DNA of 64,000 nt from IMG/VR virus record IMGVR_UViG_3300011113_000664, positions 96,001-160,000 of that record; one strand, 5' to 3'. The stretch is from a virus. A model generated the notes under the pieces. The model was not told where the DNA came from. It made no database searches and saw nothing but the letters and a program-made list of their open reading frames with translations. Both the position numbers and the translations under genes were made by a program. Positions 39,250-48,745 of the stretch are shown piece after piece (within the stretch, counting starts at the first letter, position 1; every line of letters starts with the position of its first letter).

Positions 39250-39894
39250 ATGAAATTGGCCTATCTATATGGTATTGAGGAGGTAAACCCTTACCTGTCA
39301 ACCTATTCCCATTATCCTGTTACAAAAAATATTTCATTTGTAACTGAAATAGAAAATGATAAACCATTATTGATAGTTGGAATTAAAAAAGCAAGAGAGA
39401 TATATCCAAATCAAATTGATTTAGAAAATAATCATATTGAAAAAAACATCTATTGGTGTTATTCACCTGAAGAATACTTATCAGAGTTTTTAAAAAAATA
39501 TGAGGAATTTATTTTAAATATTCACAATATTTATTTGAATCTTATTGATTTTGAAATAGTTGATATTTTTTTCTCAAAACTTTTTAATAAAAATGATTTA
39601 TTAAAATTTTTAACACAGACAAGTTTTGATGTCTTATATCAGTTAAATAAAACACTTTATTGTTATTCTAAAAATAACAATAAAATTTATATTATTAATT
39701 TGAATGAGTTTTTTTGGTTTAACTTAATTAAAATAGATGATTATACTGAATTTGTAAAAGATTTAAATTTTTATTATGATTCGGATAATAAGATAATTAA
39801 TTATTTTACTAATTTATTTTTAGGGCAAGATAATTTCTTTATAGAAAAGACAATTCCTTATTTTATTTATTTAAAGAATAAAAATAAACACTAA
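39250..39894 (+). CDS. Hypothetical protein
   Basis: 214-aa ORF, no recognised motif. Confidence 0.6.
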   Translation: MKLAYLYGIEEVNPYLSTYSHYPVTKNISFVTEIENDKPLLIVGIKKAREIYPNQIDLENNHIEKNIYWCYSPEEYLSEFLKKYEEFILNIHNIYLNLIDFEIVDIFFSKLFNKNDLLKFLTQTSFDVLYQLNKTLYCYSKNNNKIYIINLNEFFWFNLIKIDDYTEFVKDLNFYYDSDNKIINYFTNLFLGQDNFFIEKTIPYFIYLKNKNKH

Positions 39895-39913
39895 TTATAA
39901 GAAAATAATAGCT

Positions 39914-40105
39914 ATGGAAAATAAGGATTTAAACAAAAAACTTTCTGAAATTATTTCTTCAAATGAAGAAGAAAATCAGAATCAAGAATCTGAGGTTGTT
40001 GTAAAAGTTAGAGATGGTTTATTTGAACATACTGAAGTAGTTAACAAAAAGTATGTAACTAGTGATGGTAGACAATTATTAAAAGAAGTAACATTTGAGC
40101 AATAA
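39914..40105 (+). CDS. Small hypothetical protein
   Basis: 63 aa, VRDGLFEH..YVTSDGRQLLKE. Confidence 0.6.
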   Translation: MENKDLNKKLSEIISSNEEENQNQESEVVVKVRDGLFEHTEVVNKKYVTSDGRQLLKEVTFEQ

Positions 40106-40106
40106 T

Positions 40107-40784
40107 ATGAGGATTAGAAATAAAAAAACCCAAACATATGACCGCTTTAGGTATTTGCTTGAATATAATATAATAAAAAGCGGTGAGATTAAAGAACAAG
40201 AAGAAACACCTTCTGAAGATGAAATTGGTGGTGATGTTTTTGGTGAATTAGGTGATGTACTTGATGGTAATAAACCTGAAGAAAATATTGTCGAACCTGA
40301 AACGCAACAACCAATTGAAAATAAAACCAATATTGATGTTGATGTAGCTGATAATCAAGGGTTTGAGGATACAGCAACTGATTTATTAAAAATTCATTCA
40401 TCAAAAATTGATAACTTAACACAATATATTAATGATTCTGTTAAAATACTTCAGGTATTAAATCAAAAAACAGATGAAATCACAAATAATTTTGATGAAA
40501 TGAATGCTAAAGTTGGTGAACTTAATCAAAGAGTTGAAAAATTAACACCTCCAACACCACTTGAATCTTTAAATCAAATGGTTAAAACCACAACAGGAGC
40601 GCAATCAATTGAAGATTATTGGAATGAATATTTTGCAAAGCATGGTAGAACTGATTTAGTAAATGGTTCATTGTATTATGGTGATAAACAATATAGTGAA
40701 AACGAAAAGGGTATGACTTCAGGTGTTTATAGAAGTCCTGAAATTAGTGATACTCAAATTAAAGACATAATCAAAAATACCTAA
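40107..40784 (+). CDS. Acidic coiled-coil protein (possible head scaffold/internal protein)
   Basis: Acidic low-complexity segment followed by heptad repeats. Start taken at the ATG at 40107. Confidence 0.55.
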   Translation: MRIRNKKTQTYDRFRYLLEYNIIKSGEIKEQEETPSEDEIGGDVFGELGDVLDGNKPEENIVEPETQQPIENKTNIDVDVADNQGFEDTATDLLKIHSSKIDNLTQYINDSVKILQVLNQKTDEITNNFDEMNAKVGELNQRVEKLTPPTPLESLNQMVKTTTGAQSIEDYWNEYFAKHGRTDLVNGSLYYGDKQYSENEKGMTSGVYRSPEISDTQIKDIIKNT

Positions 40785-42166
40785 TGATATTCAGGTCTTA
40801 CTTTAAAAAACAAGCGATTTTAATAAAGAATTCGTTTACAAACAATTCTAGAAATCCTATTATTGAACTATCATATGGTGGTAGCGAAACTTCATCTACT
40901 ACTGTGTATAGTCGATATGTTTTTAATGTAGACTTAGATAAATTAAAACATAAAGTAACAAGCAATACAATAAATCAATCTACAATACAATCTCATATTT
41001 TAAAAATAAAAAATTGTATTGCATTAAATGATGGATATATTGGTATTGATTTTATTTCATCAAAAAGAGCAAGTGGTTTTGATTTAACATTTATTAAACT
41101 AGATGAAGCATTTGATGAAGGAACAGGTTATGATTATATTTACAATGATAATCTTTTTAGAGAGGTTGAATTAAATAAATCGGCAGCCAATTGGTATAAT
41201 AGAAGAAACCCACAAATTACTTGGTCACAATCAGGTGTATTTACAGGAAATACAAATAATTTACCCTTATCAGGTATTTTAACAACACAAAGATTTGAAA
41301 TTGGTAATGAGGACATTGAAGTAGATGTTACCGATTATGTAAATGGTATTTTATTTTCAGGTAATCCAAATAATGGTATTTGCATAGCTTATTCAGCAAA
41401 TACAGAATCATTAACATCAACAACTAAAAATGTTGTTACATTCTTTTCAAAATATACACAAACATTTTTTGAACCATTTTTAGAGACAACATATAATGAT
41501 AGAGTAAATGATGAATTATGTTGTATGAACTTTGATGTTGAAAATGATTTTTTCTTTATTTCTCAGTCACCAATTACTGAAGTATATCAATTTGAAATCG
41601 TTGATTCAAATGATACAGTAATTACAGCAATTACAACAGGATTTACTCAATTAAATAACTATAATTATAAAGTAAGTTATACAATTGATTCAGAAGATTA
41701 TCAAGATAAAGAAATATTTACATATAGATGGTATTATACACAAAATGGAAAATATAAACTTTTAGAAAAAGAATTTAATATAAGTAAAATAGACCTAAAC
41801 GATGGTACAACTTTGACTTATGGTAATGAAGTATTTATTAATGTATTGGGTATTAAACAAAACGAAAATATCTCCAAAAAAGTTGGTTTAAAAAGATTAA
41901 TTTTTAAAGCCAAAAGATTAATGGAAACAAAAATATTAAAAAATATTATTGGAGATATTGAATTTAGAATTTATGTAAATCAGGGAAAAAATCAAATTGA
42001 TGTAATTCCATTTACAAAAGCATCAAAAGTTAATGATGAATATTTTACAGAAATAGATTTTTCATGGTTTATTTCTCACGATTATACCATAGAATTGAGA
42101 GCCTTAGACAAAAACGGAGTTCAATATCCGAACTCTAACTATGTGAAGTTCAGGGTAACTAACTAA
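40784..42166 (+). CDS. Probable virion structural protein (beta-rich)
   Basis: FRSYFKKQA.L, NPIIELSYG, FDEGTGYDY, IEVDVTDYV, FFSKYTQTFFEPFLETTY. Confidence 0.6.
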   Translation: MIFRSYFKKQAILIKNSFTNNSRNPIIELSYGGSETSSTTVYSRYVFNVDLDKLKHKVTSNTINQSTIQSHILKIKNCIALNDGYIGIDFISSKRASGFDLTFIKLDEAFDEGTGYDYIYNDNLFREVELNKSAANWYNRRNPQITWSQSGVFTGNTNNLPLSGILTTQRFEIGNEDIEVDVTDYVNGILFSGNPNNGICIAYSANTESLTSTTKNVVTFFSKYTQTFFEPFLETTYNDRVNDELCCMNFDVENDFFFISQSPITEVYQFEIVDSNDTVITAITTGFTQLNNYNYKVSYTIDSEDYQDKEIFTYRWYYTQNGKYKLLEKEFNISKIDLNDGTTLTYGNEVFINVLGIKQNENISKKVGLKRLIFKAKRLMETKILKNIIGDIEFRIYVNQGKNQIDVIPFTKASKVNDEYFTEIDFSWFISHDYTIELRALDKNGVQYPNSNYVKFRVTN

Positions 42167-42194
42167 AATTTTATTTTTTTTCCGCTAAAAACGG

Positions 42195-42222
42195 ACTATT
42201 TATAAAAAAACATATATATTTG
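42195..42222 (+). promoter_or_regulatory. Tandem promoters: candidate late box ACTATTTATA plus host-type TATATTTG
   Basis: Both motifs occur in the 98-nt gap upstream of the SSB gene. Confidence 0.55.
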
Positions 42223-42264
42223 TTTAAACAATAATTATTTTTAACAATTTAAATTTTTAACATT

Positions 42265-43149
42265 ATGGGTTTTGAAACGACAGAAAGAAAAAACCGAACC
42301 TACATGTCATTGGGTTCAACAAAGTCAAATGACAACAAAATCACAGCGAAATTCTTCGTTGTAAACAGAAAAAACAATGATGGTCAGTATGAAAGGATTC
42401 CGATGGTTGATTCAAACAACTATCCGAAACCTTTTTATGGATATTTGACCAAAGTTACACCTATTCTTGATAATGTAATTACAAGAACAGATGGAACAAA
42501 AGTACCAAATCCAAAGGTAAACTTTGAATTTACGGATGATAGTGGAGAAATCTTTATTTTAGATTTACCTTTTACATCACCCGATAAAAGAGTAAGTACA
42601 TACATTTTTGGTTTTGTAAATTCACTTGCATGGTTAGCTGCAAACGATAGACTTGGATATATTAAACTTTATATCTCACAAACTGTTGATAAGACAGAAA
42701 CCAAAAGATTTAATCTTGCACTAAGATGTACAAAAACTTGGTACGCAGGTAGTAAGAATTTCCCTATCTTTAATGAAGATACATCAAAAGTTGATTGGAA
42801 ATATAATGCAAAAGATATTCCTTCTTTTGAAGTAGTTAAAGAAATTGATGGTGAAAAAGTAACCATTGATAACAGGAAAAAACAACAAGATTTTTTCTTG
42901 AAAGAAATCGAACTTATCAATGAAGCAATTAAAAGTGCTACATATGATATTGGCGATAACAAGTCCGCATCTATGAATAAAACATTAACATCTTCTCAAA
43001 TTTTTGATGAAGATGGTGATGAGGGTGCTGATTTTGAAATGTCACCAAATCCTCCTGTTGAAGAACAAAAACCAACAGCAAAGGCAACTACTAAGACACC
43101 TGTAGTTGCTAGTTTTGATGAGGATGATGATGATGAACTTCCCTTCTAG
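42265..43149 (+). CDS. Single-stranded DNA-binding protein (putative)
   Basis: Beta-rich N-terminus and an acidic tail ending FDEDDDDELPF. Directly upstream of recA. Confidence 0.7.
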   Translation: MGFETTERKNRTYMSLGSTKSNDNKITAKFFVVNRKNNDGQYERIPMVDSNNYPKPFYGYLTKVTPILDNVITRTDGTKVPNPKVNFEFTDDSGEIFILDLPFTSPDKRVSTYIFGFVNSLAWLAANDRLGYIKLYISQTVDKTETKRFNLALRCTKTWYAGSKNFPIFNEDTSKVDWKYNAKDIPSFEVVKEIDGEKVTIDNRKKQQDFFLKEIELINEAIKSATYDIGDNKSASMNKTLTSSQIFDEDGDEGADFEMSPNPPVEEQKPTAKATTKTPVVASFDEDDDDELPF

Positions 43150-43161
43150 TTAGGGGTCTTT

Positions 43162-43222
43162 AGGGTACGGCACAGTATTTACAATTCTCCCCTCTGTATC
43201 ACTGATGCTGTACCCTTTTTTT
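43162..43222 (+). terminator. Long hairpin with U-tract (terminator/attenuator) between ssb and recA
   Basis: AGGGTACGGCACAGT pairs with ACTGATGCTGTACCCT and is followed by T7. Confidence 0.7.
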
Positions 43223-43254
43223 ATAATTAAATTTTTAAAATAATTAAATATTAT

Positions 43255-44319
43255 ATGGCTAGAACATTATCAGATAACCCCGAAGAAAAAAAACCGATAA
43301 AGAAAAAAAGTTTTTCTCTTTCTGATTTTAAAGAAAAATTTAAAATTAGTGATGAAGAACAGAAACCTTTGCAATGGCTTCCACTTAGCAAAGCATATCA
43401 AGAAGTTACAGGTTTGGAAGGTATTCCATTGTGTGAACTTACACTTGTTAGAGGATATTCCGATACAGGTAAGTCTACTGTTGTTTATGAAGCAGCAGTA
43501 TCAGCACAGCAAAATGGTTTCTTACCTATAATTATTGATACAGAAAATGCCATGAAAAAAGACCATTTAACAAAAATGGGTTTTGATTTTGATGGTGATT
43601 TTATTTATGTTGATTCTGATTATTTAGTTCAGAATTATGGTAAGAAATATGATAAAAACTTTTCAACACCTTCAATTGAAGATATTGCAGAGTTTATGAA
43701 TAATATTCTTGATGCACAAGAGAAAGATGAACTTCAAATGGATGTAATCTTTTGTATTGATAGTTTTGGTTCTGTTGATTCTCGTAAAACTCTTACTGCT
43801 AAAGAGAAAGACAAAGAAGCAAATAATATGTGGAATGCAGGTGCAATGGAACAAGCATTCAAAGGTATTTTTCACCACAGAATTCCATCTACAAGGAAAG
43901 TAAGTAAGAAATATGTTGCTGCTGCTGTTGCTGTTCAAAAAGTTTGGTTTGATTCACAAGCAGGTGGACAAGGTGTACTGCGACATAAAGGAGGTGAAGC
44001 TGTTTATTCAATGAGTAGGCTTATTCTTCATATGGGTGGTACTAAAGCAAGAGGTGTTGAAAAGATTAATATTACTAAGAACAAGAAAACAACTGCACTT
44101 GGCATTCTTTCACCAATTAAAGTTGCTAAAAACCATGTTTCAAATATTTCATTTGAAGGTAAGATTCTTTCAACAAGTTATGGTCTTGTATTAGAATCAG
44201 AACTTGAAGAATTTAAAAAGAATCATTTACCTGAATTATTATCAGAGATTGGTGAAGAAGGAAGTGATGATGTTCAAGTTGTTCGTGTTCAAGATAACAC
44301 GAAAGATAATGATGAATAA
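43255..44319 (+). CDS. recA: RecA/UvsX-like recombinase
   Basis: GIPLCELTLVRGYSDTGKST (Walker A), IIDTEN, FCIDSFGSV (Walker B), KGGEA, KVAKNH. Confidence 0.88.
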   Translation: MARTLSDNPEEKKPIKKKSFSLSDFKEKFKISDEEQKPLQWLPLSKAYQEVTGLEGIPLCELTLVRGYSDTGKSTVVYEAAVSAQQNGFLPIIIDTENAMKKDHLTKMGFDFDGDFIYVDSDYLVQNYGKKYDKNFSTPSIEDIAEFMNNILDAQEKDELQMDVIFCIDSFGSVDSRKTLTAKEKDKEANNMWNAGAMEQAFKGIFHHRIPSTRKVSKKYVAAAVAVQKVWFDSQAGGQGVLRHKGGEAVYSMSRLILHMGGTKARGVEKINITKNKKTTALGILSPIKVAKNHVSNISFEGKILSTSYGLVLESELEEFKKNHLPELLSEIGEEGSDDVQVVRVQDNTKDNDE

Positions 44320-45398
44320 TGGTTTATAAATTCTCTGTAAATACTTTATTAATTGATGGTAATTACTTAATGAAGCGTTCATTTAATGGTGCAAAGCATA
44401 CATTTAATGGAAGCAGACATATAGGTGGTTTATATCAATTTATAATGCAAACTAGAAGTCTCATCCGTTCCCAAAACATTAACAAAGTTGTTGTGTTTTG
44501 GGATGGAGAGAATTCAGGTAAATTACGATATGATATTTATAGAGAATATAAAGCAAATCGTGAAGGAAAAGAATGGTATAAAAAGATTGATTTAACTCCT
44601 GCTGAATTAAAAAAACAACAACAGGAAAAAGATTCATATCTGTGGCAGATGGTTAGGGTTAAAAATTATCTTGAGGAATTATTTATTCGACAAGTTCAAG
44701 TTGACCAAATCGAATCAGATGATATGATTTCATATTATTGTCAAAAATATCATGACAAGGAAAACATAACTATTTACACCAACGATAGAGATATTTGTCA
44801 ACTTTTAGAATATGATAATGTTTCTGTTTACTTAGCTAATTTAAAACAGAATGTTACTAAAAAAAATTATTACTTACTTTTTAAACATCATTATTCTAAT
44901 CTTACAGTTATTAAAACTATGTGTGGTGATGATTCTGATAATATTAGTGGGATTGATGGTTTGGGTGAAAGTACTCTTATTAAACATTTTCCAAAAATTC
45001 AAACTGAAAAAGTTAAAGCAGCAACAATCATTAAAGAAGCAAGACAAATAAATGAGGAAAGGATTGCAAATAAAAAGAAACCTCTTAAAGTTCTTGAAAA
45101 TATTAGTGAAGGTGTTTTCAAAACATTTGGTAAAGCCGGATTAGAACATTATAAATTAAATTATAAAATAATTAATTTGCTTGAACCCTTTTTAACAAAA
45201 GAAGCAATGGCAGAATTATCACTTGTAGCCGAAGAACCTTTAGACCCAAATGGAAGAGGCGAAGAAAATTTATTAAAGATGTTGACAGAAGATGGATATC
45301 TTGAAAATTTTAATTCAGACTTTATAAGATTTCATGAACCTTTTTATCCTGTTATTATTAGAGAAAAAGATTTTTACAAAAAAAACACGCATATTTGA
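44319..45398 (+). CDS. 5'-3' exonuclease / flap endonuclease (PolI 5' nuclease, T4 RNase H-like)
   Basis: LLIDGNYL, VFWDG, YREYKANR, ESDDMI, TNDRDICQL, GDDSDNISGIDGLGE. Confidence 0.93.
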   Translation: MVYKFSVNTLLIDGNYLMKRSFNGAKHTFNGSRHIGGLYQFIMQTRSLIRSQNINKVVVFWDGENSGKLRYDIYREYKANREGKEWYKKIDLTPAELKKQQQEKDSYLWQMVRVKNYLEELFIRQVQVDQIESDDMISYYCQKYHDKENITIYTNDRDICQLLEYDNVSVYLANLKQNVTKKNYYLLFKHHYSNLTVIKTMCGDDSDNISGIDGLGESTLIKHFPKIQTEKVKAATIIKEARQINEERIANKKKPLKVLENISEGVFKTFGKAGLEHYKLNYKIINLLEPFLTKEAMAELSLVAEEPLDPNGRGEENLLKMLTEDGYLENFNSDFIRFHEPFYPVIIREKDFYKKNTHI

Positions 45399-45413
45399 TT
45401 AAATAAAAGTACA

Positions 45414-46190
45414 ATGACTAAGAATTATTTTAAGTTTTCAATCTCTTACAGAGGTAATATTATTTCGGAAAGGGTTTTCGATGCAGATTGTTACAATCCA
45501 ATTGTTAGACAAATGGTAAATATTAAGGATATAGTTCCTGAAATTCGTAAAGTATTACAAAAGATACTTTCTTTACCAAATCAAAGACTTACAAAGGAAA
45601 TGTATGTTGGTGTTAATCATGAAAACGAAGAAACATATGTAAATATTTTTCCTAAAAGTTTTCCGATGAAAGAAACATACTTTTCTAATAACTTTTATTT
45701 GAAAGATAAAAATATTAGTAAAGAAGGTTTAGATAAAGCTTTAAAAAGTATTACAGACAAATACATGATTGTAGTATCTTTGAAAGATAATTCAAATGAA
45801 CTTTTCTATAAAAAGAATATTTCAATTGGTGAGGATGGTATTTTAGATATTCAAGCAAAATCAAAAATACTTTTTGAAAATATTAAACAAATTGAATTTG
45901 TAGAAGAACTCTTGTTTGACTTTTCATTATATCTGAATGAGAATTATATTATTCAAAGAAAGTTTACTGTATTTAACTTTAATCCAAATACAATCTTTTC
46001 AGAAGAATTCATTAAATCTACAAATGAAATCTGTAATGGTATTAAAAATCATATTAAAAAGTCTGATATTGATATGCAATATCTTGATTTTGAGATAATG
46101 AGTAGGCATGAGATGCCGTATAATGACTTAAAATCATTATCACAAGAGGAAAAGAAAAAACTCTTGAAAATGGAATATTCATACAATTAA
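45414..46190 (+). CDS. Hypothetical protein with an internal duplication
   Basis: FSISYRGNIISERVFDADCYNP resembles FSLYLNENYIIQRKFTVFNFNP. Confidence 0.6.
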   Translation: MTKNYFKFSISYRGNIISERVFDADCYNPIVRQMVNIKDIVPEIRKVLQKILSLPNQRLTKEMYVGVNHENEETYVNIFPKSFPMKETYFSNNFYLKDKNISKEGLDKALKSITDKYMIVVSLKDNSNELFYKKNISIGEDGILDIQAKSKILFENIKQIEFVEELLFDFSLYLNENYIIQRKFTVFNFNPNTIFSEEFIKSTNEICNGIKNHIKKSDIDMQYLDFEIMSRHEMPYNDLKSLSQEEKKKLLKMEYSYN

Positions 46191-46203
46191 TTTTTAACAA
46201 TAA

Positions 46204-47658
46204 ATGCGTAATACATTATCATTAGGTTCTGATAAACATCAGAGAAGAATTCTATTTCATATTTTTCATAGTGACTTTCCAAAGGACACAATCCTAAAGT
46301 TGGAATCACAGCATTTTTCAGAAGAAAAACATAAAATAATTTTTTCTCTTATAAAACAATATGTTCAAGAGTTTAATACACTACCAGCAGAGAAAAATAT
46401 TGCTGAAATTCTAAGAGCAAATAATAATCATACAGTAGAACAAAAAGATGCATGGATTAATGAACTTGGAGTAATTTATAAAGATTATAAAAATCTTTTA
46501 GAAGGAAAAGAAAGAAATGATTTTGAGTTTGTTAAAAAGACAACAAATTCATTTATTCAAGTACAAGAATTAAAAAATCTTTCAGAAAGTGATATTAAGA
46601 ATATTGTTGAAAACAATAGCTTAGAATCACTTGACAAGGTTTTAGAAAAGATTCGTAAAATCATCAATATTGGTACAGAAGATGAAGACCCTGATGATGT
46701 TGAAGACTTTGATGAAACCCTCTTTACACAGCGTTATAGAGACTTTATACCCACAGGACTATCAGAACTTGATAAAATCATTACAGGTCTTCCAAAGGGC
46801 AAATTAGGTATGGTTTTGGCAGGTCAAGGTGTTGGTAAATCCACAATTCTTACTAACTTTTCTGTAAATGCTTTTAAACAAGGTAAAAAAGTTTTACATG
46901 TAATCTTTGGTGAAAACGAAATTAGAGATGTTAAGCTTTTAGTATCAACTGCACTTACAGGAATGAGTTTCAAAGATGCCCAAAAAGAACCTGAAACCGC
47001 AACAACTAAAACAAAAGAAGCAATCTCAAAAATTAAATCAAAACATCTTGGTTTAATTAAGATTATGCGCTTTCCATCCAATGAAATGACTGTACCAAAG
47101 TTGAAGAATTGGATTATCAAGTATCAACAAAAAGTTGGTTATAAATTTGATATGATTAATATTGACTATGTTGATGAAATGATATCACATTTATCAAATC
47201 AAAATAATCCATATCAAGGTGAGAAAGAAGTTGTTGCAGCTATTCTTGATATGTTTGTTGAATTTGATATTTGCGGATGGACTGCAACACAGGCAAAGAA
47301 AGAATCAAACAATAAGAAAACTCTTGATTTAAATGATTCAGGTGGTTCTGTTGCAAAAGTAAAGAAAGCACAAGTTGTTTTAACTATTGGTCGTGATAGT
47401 GATGATAGGAATAATAATCGTGCAACATTCCACTTGGCTAAATCAAATATTTCACCATCAGGTCATTTGTTTGAAGATTCAACATTTGATACCGCACATA
47501 TGAGATTTGAATTATCACAACCAACGGGTTCAGTTATTGAACAGTTTGATGATGATGAAATAATTGATAGTGACTATGAAGAAGTAAAAGACACAAGACA
47601 ATTACTTGTTGAAAATAAGTCACCAAAATCAGAAATAGACCTGTTAAAATCATTATGA
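46204..47658 (+). CDS. Replicative DNA helicase (DnaB / T4 gp41-like)
   Basis: IPTGLSELD, LAGQGVGKST, INIDYVDEM, WTATQAKK, LAKSN. Confidence 0.9.
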   Translation: MRNTLSLGSDKHQRRILFHIFHSDFPKDTILKLESQHFSEEKHKIIFSLIKQYVQEFNTLPAEKNIAEILRANNNHTVEQKDAWINELGVIYKDYKNLLEGKERNDFEFVKKTTNSFIQVQELKNLSESDIKNIVENNSLESLDKVLEKIRKIINIGTEDEDPDDVEDFDETLFTQRYRDFIPTGLSELDKIITGLPKGKLGMVLAGQGVGKSTILTNFSVNAFKQGKKVLHVIFGENEIRDVKLLVSTALTGMSFKDAQKEPETATTKTKEAISKIKSKHLGLIKIMRFPSNEMTVPKLKNWIIKYQQKVGYKFDMINIDYVDEMISHLSNQNNPYQGEKEVVAAILDMFVEFDICGWTATQAKKESNNKKTLDLNDSGGSVAKVKKAQVVLTIGRDSDDRNNNRATFHLAKSNISPSGHLFEDSTFDTAHMRFELSQPTGSVIEQFDDDEIIDSDYEEVKDTRQLLVENKSPKSEIDLLKSL

Positions 47659-48026
47659 TTAATAACAATCTATACTTCTATAGAGCAAAGACACCCTCAA
47701 CAGCAGAGGGTGTTCTTGCTTTACAAAAATGGAAGGAAGATTTACTTTTAGATTTACCAAATCAACATGTCGCATTGAAATTAGAATCAATGCACAATTT
47801 TATTTATAATAACTTCTATAATAGAAGAGAACTTAGAAATTCAAAAAGAATTATAAACTTTATTTATGATTTATTTTTTGAAATTTATGGAAGAAATAAT
47901 TATATAAATGAGATTTATTTAGTTAAATCTTTTGATAGATTTATATCTGACCATAAACATGTTTTTTTTGGTCTTGATGAAGAAAAAATTATTCTCTATT
48001 TAAACATTTTTATTGAAACTTACTAA
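47655..48026 (+). CDS. Hypothetical protein
   Basis: 123 aa, ATGA overlap with the helicase gene. Confidence 0.55.
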   Translation: MINNNLYFYRAKTPSTAEGVLALQKWKEDLLLDLPNQHVALKLESMHNFIYNNFYNRRELRNSKRIINFIYDLFFEIYGRNNYINEIYLVKSFDRFISDHKHVFFGLDEEKIILYLNIFIETY

Positions 48027-48044
48027 TTACATGAAAGAATTAGT

Positions 48045-48722
48045 ATGAGAACCATTCTTCCTAAAAATGCTAAAATAGACCCAATTTTTGATGAAAAATC
48101 AAATGTAGAATTAATTGAAGATATTCATAACGAAGTTTATTCAGCACATGATTTACTTTTAAAAGAAGCTAATGCTGTGTTGGAAACTCCCATTGATGAA
48201 TCAAAAGTTGAAGATTATCAGAATTTAATCAAATTGGGTTTTAATAATGAAAAAAACATATCTTCCTTTAAGGAGGAAATGAGAAAAATTGAAGAATCAA
48301 AGAAAATAAAATCAACAATTGAATACTACTCATTCAAATATCCATTTAATAAATTTATTAACGAAGATTCAGTAGTTAGAATTTGTGATAAATATAGTTT
48401 ACTATTAACAAATGTTGATAGATTTATTGGAGGAATTCCTGAAAAAAATCAAAAAGAAATTATTAATTTTAAAGTTGATAAAATTGACCTTCCTCATTCA
48501 TATACCAAAGAATCTGAATATGTAGTAGGTACAACTCTTTTAATCGTTGCAACAAAAGACCAATTAAATATGAAAAATGCAAGGGTTCAAGGTCATAAAT
48601 TGGTTGATATTGTAAAAGAAGACCCAATCGTGCTACAACCTGTTAAAAACGGTTATTTAATCGTTAGCGCATGGGGGATTGAAGCATCTGATAAAGAAGT
48701 ACAAAATCCAAAATTTAATTAA
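48045..48722 (+). CDS. Hypothetical phage protein
   Basis: 225 aa ending DPIVLQPVKNGYLIVSAWGIEA. Confidence 0.65.
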   Translation: MRTILPKNAKIDPIFDEKSNVELIEDIHNEVYSAHDLLLKEANAVLETPIDESKVEDYQNLIKLGFNNEKNISSFKEEMRKIEESKKIKSTIEYYSFKYPFNKFINEDSVVRICDKYSLLLTNVDRFIGGIPEKNQKEIINFKVDKIDLPHSYTKESEYVVGTTLLIVATKDQLNMKNARVQGHKLVDIVKEDPIVLQPVKNGYLIVSAWGIEASDKEVQNPKFN

Positions 48723-48732
48723 AATATTGTCA

Positions 48733-48740
48733 TATATTTG
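48733..48740 (+). promoter_or_regulatory. Bacteroidota-type -7 box TATATTTG heading the glycan cluster
   Basis: 5 nt upstream of the ATG at 48746. Confidence 0.5.
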
Positions 48741-48745
48741 ACAAT

